Notes under the pieces: generated by a model | The model's input: the letters and a program-made list of their open reading frames with translations, nothing else | Told to the model about the DNA's origin: nothing | Database searches by the model: none | Part shown: in pieces, positions 15,819 to 22,576 of the stretch | Position numbering within the stretch: position 1 is the stretch's first letter | How the letters are laid out: every line of letters starts with the position of its first letter | Virus record (IMG/VR): IMGVR_UViG_3300036790_000144 | Coordinates: 1-24,386 of that record | Strand: one strand, 5' to 3' | Source: a virus | Lineage: Duplodnaviria; Caudoviricetes | Length of the DNA: 24,386 nt | Program-made: the position numbers and the translations under genes

Positions 15819-16066
15819 CCAAGAAGAAATCCCGCTTCAAGAAGCCGAAGCCGAAGACAAAGCCGCCGGCGAAGGACAAGCAGCAGCAACAGAACGCCGC
15901 CGACCAGGCTGCGGTCGAAGCCGCGCTGTCCGGCGCCGCCGATCCCGGCAATGCCGGCGCGGCCGCGGCCGATCCCAACGCCGCCGGTTCGGCGCTCCCG
16001 CCCGCGAACGCGCCGATGACCAATACGGCGCGCATGGCCGGACGCTACGGCGCTTCGCAATCCTGA
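15815..16066 (+). CDS. Small disordered protein with Lys-rich N-terminus (83 aa)
   Basis: ATGA overlap; MTKKKSRFKKPKPKTKPP...; C-terminal TNTARMAGRYG. Confidence 0.7.
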   Translation: MTKKKSRFKKPKPKTKPPAKDKQQQQNAADQAAVEAALSGAADPGNAGAAAADPNAAGSALPPANAPMTNTARMAGRYGASQS

Positions 16067-16117
16067 CCGCGCCCGCGGTTTTCCTTTCCTAACAACGCAT
16101 CTCTGAGGAGACAGCCC

Positions 16118-16588
16118 ATGGCCGAGACCGCCGAGCGCGATCGCACCAAGCGTTACGAGAATTCACCGAAGGGCGCGAAGAAGCACGGCGCGGCCGAGGC
16201 GGGCGCCGCTGCTGCCGAGCACAAGGCGGCGGCGACCGCTGCGGCCGACAAGACGCCGCAACCCGACAATCCCGACAAGACCGGTAAGGTCGGCGCCGAT
16301 CCAGGCCCGGAAGGCGCGCACAACGCGACCTTCAGCGAGATGGCGACGCGGCACAAGCGCGAGCACGGCGACATGACCAAGCGCCACGGCGAGGAAGCCG
16401 CCCAGATGCACGAGCGCCACACCACCGAAGGGAAGGCGATGCACACGCGGCACGCCTCGGAGATGGAGGCGCACGTGACCAAGGCGACCGAGACCGCCGG
16501 CGCCGCGGCCAAGGCGGAAGCCACCGCCGGCTCGCCGAAAGAGCTCGGCTCCGAAAAGAGCGAAGGCAAAGCCGGCAGCAACGCCTGA
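16118..16588 (+). CDS. Hydrophilic protein with four 11-mer MxxRHxxE repeats (156 aa)
   Basis: GAGGAG upstream; repeats at 16340-16471. Confidence 0.8.
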   Translation: MAETAERDRTKRYENSPKGAKKHGAAEAGAAAAEHKAAATAAADKTPQPDNPDKTGKVGADPGPEGAHNATFSEMATRHKREHGDMTKRHGEEAAQMHERHTTEGKAMHTRHASEMEAHVTKATETAGAAAKAEATAGSPKELGSEKSEGKAGSNA

Positions 16589-16631
16589 CAGGCGCTCCCG
16601 GCATCACGATCAACAATCAAGGAGTTTTGTA

Positions 16632-17156
16632 ATGGCGAGTATCCGACTGATCGGTCAGCACCACACGGTGCACCACGCTGGCACGATCCTGGAAGTCACC
16701 GAGAGCGTCGCGGCCGCGGCCGCGAACCTGGCGCTGATCACGCTCGATCGCGCGCATGCGCTCGTCACCGGCGGTCACGCCGAATGGGTTGAGCATCCCA
16801 AGGAGCCGGAGGAGCTGCCGCCTGAAGATCCGGCGCCGAGCGCGCCGGCGGCCGCGGCCGCGGTTTCCGACGGCGAGCCGATTTCAGGTGGCACGACCGC
16901 TCCGAGCGACAACGCCGCGGAAGATCCTGCGCCGTTCGGGGAACCGGCGGTCGCAGAGGCTGATGCGCCCGCGGCAGAGCCGGCGCCCGACGCCGACGCG
17001 CCGGCCGATCCCAACGCCTTCCCGGTGCCGCAAACGGACGCGCCCGCGCCCGAGGCCGAGCGTGCAGCTGAGCCGGCTGCGGCGCAGCCCACCGAGCTCG
17101 CCGCCGCGCTACAGGCGGACGCCACCGCGCAAGCGGACGCCACCGCGCAAGCGTAA
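16632..17156 (+). CDS. Hypothetical protein with small N-domain and acidic Pro/Ala-rich tail (174 aa)
   Basis: AAGGAG upstream; 'AGTILEV...AHALVTGGHAEWV' small domain; low-complexity tail. Confidence 0.8.
   Translation: MASIRLIGQHHTVHHAGTILEVTESVAAAAANLALITLDRAHALVTGGHAEWVEHPKEPEELPPEDPAPSAPAAAAAVSDGEPISGGTTAPSDNAAEDPAPFGEPAVAEADAPAAEPAPDADAPADPNAFPVPQTDAPAPEAERAAEPAAAQPTELAAALQADATAQADATAQA
17115..17153 (+). repeat. 18-bp perfect tandem duplication (in frame, ADATAQ x2)
   Basis: gcggacgccaccgcgcaa at 17115-17132 and 17133-17150, then gcg. Confidence 0.85.
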
Positions 17157-17179
17157 GCGCCTTTCCATCCAGGCTGTGG

Positions 17180-17210
17180 CGGCCGCGCTCACGCGCGGCC
17201 GTTTTCGTTT
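17180..17210 (+). terminator. Intrinsic terminator
   Basis: CGGCCGCGC-tcac-GCGCGGCCG (9-bp stem) followed by TTTTCGTTT. Confidence 0.75.
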
Positions 17211-17236
17211 CTCACTTCGAGGGGAGATCCGCGCCG

Positions 17237-17647
17237 ATGGCTCATTTCGCCAAATTTGTTTCGCTCGCCCGCACGCCCGACGAGCTCAAGGCCGATGCCG
17301 AGAAGATGGGCATCGGCGGCTCGGTGCCGTCGAAGGTCGAGCAGCCGATCTACCCTTACGGCCTCTGCATCAACCTCGATGAGGAGACGATCAAGAAGCT
17401 CAAGCTCGACACCGACGACTGCGAGGTCGGCTCGACCATCCACATCTGCTGCATGGCGACCGTGACCGACTTCGGTCAGCGCAAGATGAATGACGGCGTC
17501 AATCGCCGCATCGAGCTGCAGATCACCGACCTCGCGCTAGAGAACGAGGACGAGGAGAACGCCCCGGCCTTCAGCAATCACAAGCGCATGAAGCAGCGCT
17601 ACGGCATCAAGTCCAGCGGGGATGAGGGCGAGGAGGACGAGGAGTGA
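17237..17647 (+). CDS. Capsid staple/cement-like protein (136 aa)
   Basis: 'YPYGLCINLDEETIKKL...VGSTIHI...ATV...RIELQITDLAL' matches the YP.GL.I.L...LQIT.. staple pattern of this phage group; acidic tail with SNHKRMKQRYG. Confidence 0.7.
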   Translation: MAHFAKFVSLARTPDELKADAEKMGIGGSVPSKVEQPIYPYGLCINLDEETIKKLKLDTDDCEVGSTIHICCMATVTDFGQRKMNDGVNRRIELQITDLALENEDEENAPAFSNHKRMKQRYGIKSSGDEGEEDEE

Positions 17648-17691
17648 TGGCGACGCTCGGGCTTTTCGGCGTTCGATAACGGAGAGCGGCT

Positions 17692-18504
17692 GTGACCTCT
17701 TCGCTCGGCCCGGTCGACCTGTGCAACCAGGCGCTGGCGATGATCGCGGCGCGTGCCAACATCACCTCGATCGCGCCGAGCGACGGCACCGTTGCCGGCG
17801 ACGCCTGTGCGCTGCTCTATCAGAGCACGGTCGACGCCTTTGCGCGCGCGGCACACTGGAATTGCCTGCGCTTCACCGCGCAGCTCTCGCTTCTCAAGGC
17901 GGCCAAGGGCACGCCGGAGAATATCAGCGGCACGACGCTGCCGCCGGCGCCGCCGCCGTGGCTCTATGAGTATGCGCTGCCGCCCGATTGCCTCAAGGCC
18001 CGTTTCCTGGTGCCGCTCTTGCCGCAGCAGGGCACATCGCCGCCGCTGACCACGGGCACCTCGCTGTTCACGCCGATCCGGGCCGGCGTGACCGCGCTGC
18101 CGTTCACCCCGGCGGTCGATCTCGACCAGAATGGCAACGAGATCGCGGTGCTGCTGACCAATCTCGGCGCGTTCTCCGGACCGCCGTCGCTGGTTTACAC
18201 GCGCCGCCTCCTCAATATCGGACTGTGGGACCCGCAGTTCTTCATGGGCGCCAAGGCCGCGCTCGGCAGCTGGCTCGTCATGCCCGTCAACGCGTCGGCC
18301 TCGATGCTCGGGCAGGCGATGGGCATCGCCAAGGCGACGCTCGACGCCGCGCGGCTTTCCGACGCCAACGAGGGGCCGCAATCGCAGGATCACGAGGCGG
18401 AATGGATCGCCGGGCGCTATGGCCGCCGCGGCGTCGGCCGCGCCGCCGGCCCGTTCGTCGCGCCCTGGGACAGCTTCGGCTTCCCGAACGGCGTCTTCTA
18501 CTAA
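17692..18504 (+). CDS. Tail adaptor / tail tubular protein A-like (270 aa)
   Basis: 'VDLCNQALAMI', 'HWNC', 'WLYEYALPPDCL', 'WDPQF', 'ARLSDANEG...EWIAGR'; precedes the nozzle gene. Confidence 0.85.
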   Translation: MTSSLGPVDLCNQALAMIAARANITSIAPSDGTVAGDACALLYQSTVDAFARAAHWNCLRFTAQLSLLKAAKGTPENISGTTLPPAPPPWLYEYALPPDCLKARFLVPLLPQQGTSPPLTTGTSLFTPIRAGVTALPFTPAVDLDQNGNEIAVLLTNLGAFSGPPSLVYTRRLLNIGLWDPQFFMGAKAALGSWLVMPVNASASMLGQAMGIAKATLDAARLSDANEGPQSQDHEAEWIAGRYGRRGVGRAAGPFVAPWDSFGFPNGVFY

Positions 18505-18516
18505 GCGCAGCCGACG

Positions 18517-21500
18517 ATGCCGATCACGCTCGCCAAGACGGCCTTCGGGTCGGGCGAGATCTCGCCGGCATTGTGGGCCCATGTCGACCTCGCCAAGTAC
18601 CAGGTCGGCGCCGCGACGCTGCGCAACTGTTTCGTGTCGGTGCGCGGTGGCGCCTATTCGCGGGCCGGCACGCTGTTCTGCGGCCAGGCCAGGCAACCGG
18701 CCTCGGCGGCGTCGACGGCGCCGCGCATCGTGCCGTTCCAGTTTCAGATCAGCCAGTCCTACATCATCGAGCTCGGCGACGGTTATGCGCGCTTCCTCGC
18801 CAACGGCGCCTACATCACCGAGGCCCCGCTCGCGGTCACCGCCGCGAGCAACGCCAATCCCTGCGCGTTGACGGTGCCCGGCAATGACTTTGCGGTCGGC
18901 GATTGGCTCGCCTGCGCCGATTTTACCGGCCTGACCGAGCTCAACGGCGAAACCGTCGTGGTCAGCGGGTTGAGCGGCTCTTCCTTCACCATCGCCGACG
19001 CCTTCGGCAATCCGATCAATTCGCTGGCCTACGGCAGCTACATGGGCGCCGGCATGGTGGCGCGCCTCTACACCGTGACGATGCCCTATGCGGCGATCGA
19101 CCTGCCGTATCTGAAGTGGGCGCAGTCGGCCGACGTCATGTCGCTGACGCTGGTCAATACCGCGACACTGACCGAATACCAGCCGGCCGATCTCGAGCGG
19201 CTGGCGAGCAACGATTGGACGCTCCTCGACACCACGTTCGCCACCGCGATCGCGGCGCCGGCGACCTGCAGCGCGACGCCGTCGACCACGCTGTCGTCGC
19301 TCTCGTCGACGGCCAACGCGCCGGCGGCGCAATATGCCTATGTCGCGACCGCGGTCGACGGCAACGGCGAGGAGAGCGTCGCCTCGGCGGTCGCCTACAC
19401 GCCGGCGAGCAATACCGCCGGCTCGGTCGACATCTCGGTGACGGCCGGTTCGGTCACGGTGACCTGCGCGGCGGTCGCCGGTGCGGTGAGCTACAACTTC
19501 TATCGCGCGCCGGCCGCGATCTGGAACACCGGTCCGAGCAGCGCCAACACGCCGGCGCTGGTGCCGATCTCCTCGTCGTTCGGCTTTGCCGGCTCCTCGG
19601 CCGGCCCGCAGTTCGTCGACGACAATATCGTTCCCGACTATTCGACGACGCCGCCGCTGCATCTCGATCCGTTCGCGCGCGGGCAGATCCTCATCCTCGG
19701 CACCATCACCGCGACCGGCACTTTCGCGCAGAGCACGACCACGGCCGCCATCGTGAGCGCCACCGGCGCGGGCGGAGTGGTGCTGCCCGTCGTGGTCGGC
19801 GGCACCGTCGTCGCCGGCATCGTGCAAAACCCGGGCGGCAGCTATGAGGCCGGCGACAAGGTCACCTTCGCCGACGCGACCAACGGCGGCGCCGGCAGCG
19901 CGCCGCTCAACATCGGGCCGCAAAGCGGCACCTATCCCGGGGTGGTGTCGTATTTCCAGGAACGGCGCGCCTATGCCGACAGCCTCAACAATCCGGACAG
20001 CTACTGGCTGACGCAGCCCGGCGCCTACACCAACATGGACGCGGCCAACCCGCCCGTCGACGACGATGCCGTCACCGGCAATCCCTGGGCGCAGCAGGTC
20101 AACGGCATCCAGTGGCTGGTCAACATGCCGACCGGGCTTCTGGTCGGTACCGGGCTTGACGCCTGGCTGCTCGAAGGCACCGGCGGCCCGTACACCGCGG
20201 TGACGCCGGCGAGCCAGGACGCCATCGCGCAGGAATCGAACGGCTTCTCGCCCACCGTGCCGCCGGTCAAGGTCAACTATCAGGCGCTGTTCGTGCAGGC
20301 GCTCGGTTCGATCGTGCGGGCGCTGAACTACAACTATTTCACCAACACCTATGCCGGCGAAGACCTCACCGTTCTCGCCAATCACCTGTTCGAGGGCCGC
20401 CAGATCCTGCAATGGGGCTGGGCGCGCGAGCCGTCCAAGGTGATGTGGCTGGTGCGCGACGACGGCATTCTGCTGTCACTCACCTATCTCAAGGAACAGG
20501 ACGTCATCGCCTGGGCGCGCCACGACACCAACGGCCAGGTGGTCAGCGTGGCGGTCGCTTCCGAGCCGCCGGTCGATGCCGTCTACATCGTGGTCAAGCG
20601 CTACATCGCCGGCAAAGGGGCCTATGGCTATTACGTCGAGCGCTTCGACAACCGGCTGTGGTTCAACGCCGAGAGCTGCTGGTGCGTCGATGCCGGGCTG
20701 TCGCTGCCGCTCGCCATGCCCGCGGCCGCGCTGTCGCCGGCTGCCGCAAGCGGCAACGGCGTCGCCTTCGAAGCCTCGGCCGCCATCTTCGACGGCGTCA
20801 CCGTCGGCGCCCCGGGCCAGGTCATCCGGGTCGGCGGCGGCAAGGCCACGGTGACGGAATTCGTGTCGCCGACGCAGGTCGTGGTCGACATCACGATGGC
20901 GATCACCGCTACGGTGCCGAATGACCCCAACGCGATGCCGGCAACGGCGCCCGCGGGGAATTGGAGCATCGGCACACCGGCCGCGAGCGTCTCCGGCCTC
21001 GGCCACCTCGAGGGGATGCAGGTGACGGGCTTGGCCGACGGCCAGGTCATCCCGCCGACCACCGTGGTGAACGGCACCATCGCGCTGCCGGCGGCCGCCA
21101 CCGCGGTGACGGTGGGCTTGGGCTTTCAGGCGCAGGTGCAGTCGCTGCCCTTGGAGATCCCGGGCGGCGGCAGCGTGCAGGGCAAGCGCAAGAAGACCCC
21201 GGGCGTCACGGTGCGGCTCGAAATGTCGCGCGGCGTCAAGCTCGGCTCCGACCAGCTCAATGCCTCGGAGCTCGAGAATTACGCCACCGCGGCCTGGGGC
21301 CAGCGTCCGTACGGCAAGATGATCGAGACCAAGCAGAGCCAGGCGCAGCTCGGGCCCGGCAGCTATCTGCCGCTGTTCACCGGCGACATCTTCACGCCGA
21401 TCGACAGCGACTGGAACCGGCCCGGCTGGGCGGCGGCGCCGTGCATGGTCGCGGCGCAGCAGGATTATCCGCTGCCGATGAATATTCTCGGCTTCTTCCC

Positions 21501-21546
21501 GAACGTCGTCGTCGGCGACTCGCACAACAAAGGCGATCCGTCGTGA
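18517..21546 (+). CDS. Tail nozzle / tail tubular protein B-like (1009 aa)
   Basis: 'FGSGEISPAL...DLAKY', 'AQSADVM', 'YPGVVSYFQERR', 'DLTVLANHLF', 'LTYLKEQDVIAWARHDT', 'GLGHLEG..V..LADG', 'QDYPLPMNI'. Confidence 0.9.
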   Translation: MPITLAKTAFGSGEISPALWAHVDLAKYQVGAATLRNCFVSVRGGAYSRAGTLFCGQARQPASAASTAPRIVPFQFQISQSYIIELGDGYARFLANGAYITEAPLAVTAASNANPCALTVPGNDFAVGDWLACADFTGLTELNGETVVVSGLSGSSFTIADAFGNPINSLAYGSYMGAGMVARLYTVTMPYAAIDLPYLKWAQSADVMSLTLVNTATLTEYQPADLERLASNDWTLLDTTFATAIAAPATCSATPSTTLSSLSSTANAPAAQYAYVATAVDGNGEESVASAVAYTPASNTAGSVDISVTAGSVTVTCAAVAGAVSYNFYRAPAAIWNTGPSSANTPALVPISSSFGFAGSSAGPQFVDDNIVPDYSTTPPLHLDPFARGQILILGTITATGTFAQSTTTAAIVSATGAGGVVLPVVVGGTVVAGIVQNPGGSYEAGDKVTFADATNGGAGSAPLNIGPQSGTYPGVVSYFQERRAYADSLNNPDSYWLTQPGAYTNMDAANPPVDDDAVTGNPWAQQVNGIQWLVNMPTGLLVGTGLDAWLLEGTGGPYTAVTPASQDAIAQESNGFSPTVPPVKVNYQALFVQALGSIVRALNYNYFTNTYAGEDLTVLANHLFEGRQILQWGWAREPSKVMWLVRDDGILLSLTYLKEQDVIAWARHDTNGQVVSVAVASEPPVDAVYIVVKRYIAGKGAYGYYVERFDNRLWFNAESCWCVDAGLSLPLAMPAAALSPAAASGNGVAFEASAAIFDGVTVGAPGQVIRVGGGKATVTEFVSPTQVVVDITMAITATVPNDPNAMPATAPAGNWSIGTPAASVSGLGHLEGMQVTGLADGQVIPPTTVVNGTIALPAAATAVTVGLGFQAQVQSLPLEIPGGGSVQGKRKKTPGVTVRLEMSRGVKLGSDQLNASELENYATAAWGQRPYGKMIETKQSQAQLGPGSYLPLFTGDIFTPIDSDWNRPGWAAAPCMVAAQQDYPLPMNILGFFPNVVVGDSHNKGDPS

Positions 21547-22046
21547 CGGCTGCCGAGACCATGGCGGCCAAGCCGCGCCCGGCTGCCAACCGACTCCGAA
21601 TGGTCACGGCGCGGATGGCGCACGTGTATCGTTTGGCTGCCAATATGCGCGACGAGGATTTGGCGACGGCAGCCAAGATCGGCCGCGACGCGCGGCTGGC
21701 GCTGCGGCTGTCCTACAAATCCTCGACGTTTTATCGCTGCGCCATCACCGACGGCGACGACGTGCTGGTGATGTGGGGCCTGTCCGGCGACGCGCTCAGC
21801 GATCACGGCTATCCCTGGATGATCACCTCGAAGGACGCCGCGCGGCTGCGGCTGCGGCTCCTGAAATTCGGGCGCCGCGAGCTGCGCCGCATGATGCGGC
21901 TGCGCCGTGTGCTGGTCGATTACGTCGCGCCCGACGATGCGCGCGCGGCGCGCTTTCTGGTCTTCCTCGGCTTTGTCCGCACCGACGACGGCCCGCGGCC
22001 GATGATCGGCGACGTCGCCTGGCACCGCTACGAACTCCGGAGGTAG
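21543..22046 (+). CDS. T7 gp13-like / acetyltransferase-fold protein (167 aa; ATG 21561 is an alternative start)
   Basis: GTGA overlap with the nozzle stop; 'LAANMRDED', 'MWG....GYPWMITS', 'LVDYV...ARFLVFLGF'; syntenic position. Confidence 0.75.
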   Translation: MTAAETMAAKPRPAANRLRMVTARMAHVYRLAANMRDEDLATAAKIGRDARLALRLSYKSSTFYRCAITDGDDVLVMWGLSGDALSDHGYPWMITSKDAARLRLRLLKFGRRELRRMMRLRRVLVDYVAPDDARAARFLVFLGFVRTDDGPRPMIGDVAWHRYELRR

Positions 22047-22048
22047 GC

Positions 22049-22576
22049 GTGGGTTTTGCTGCTCCCATCATGGCGATCGCCGGCATCGCCGGCGCCGGGA
22101 TCTCCGCCATGGGCGCCGAGCAAGCCGGGCAGGCGCAATCGGCCGACGCCGCCTATCAATCACAAGTGGCAAAAAATAACGCCGCGATCGCGCAGCAGAA
22201 CGAGAGCTGGGTGTCGGCCTCGGGCGCGTCGAAGGAAGCCGCCGAGGGCATGAAAACCCGCGCCGCGGTCGGCCAGATCAAGGCGGCGCAGGGCGCCAAC
22301 AATATCGATCCCAATACCGGAAGTGCAGCCGCGGTCTCCGCCGGCGCCGCCGAGATGGGCGATCTCGACGCCATGACGATCCGCTCCAACACGTCACGCG
22401 AGGCCTATGGCTATGCGGTGCAGAGCGAGAGCGACCAGGCCCAAAGCCAGCTCCTGGCGGCCGAGAGCTCGCAAGCCAGCGAGGGCGGCGATATCTCGGC
22501 GCTCGGCACGTTCCTCAACGGCGCATCGAGCGTCGGCTCGAAGTGGGCCTCGCTGCAGAACACGACCGGCAGCTAA
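22049..22576 (+). CDS. Internal virion (ejection) protein, T7 gp14-like (175 aa)
   Basis: GGAGGT then GTG 22049; Gly/Ala hydrophobic N-terminus; 'YQSQVAKNNA', 'GANNIDPNTGSA', 'DAMTIRSN..REAYGY'. Confidence 0.8.
   Translation: MGFAAPIMAIAGIAGAGISAMGAEQAGQAQSADAAYQSQVAKNNAAIAQQNESWVSASGASKEAAEGMKTRAAVGQIKAAQGANNIDPNTGSAAAVSAGAAEMGDLDAMTIRSNTSREAYGYAVQSESDQAQSQLLAAESSQASEGGDISALGTFLNGASSVGSKWASLQNTTGS

Noticed and set aside
18400-18430. WIAGRYG in the tail adaptor (also ARATRYD at ~4900-4925 and AARYG in the mini-MCP) as further RYG-motif copies
   Set aside because: They lack the upstream [TS][NDG]xxR part; WIxxR is an ordinary adaptor C-terminal feature and AARY aligns with MCP SARF.
947-21525. 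Long minus-strand ORFs (947-2419, 2427-3749, 6712-8727, 9929-11458, 11488-12768, 12527-13927, 14061-15353, 17599-20412, 20476-21525)
   Set aside because: They are antisense shadows of well-supported + strand genes in high-GC DNA, with no recognisable motifs.
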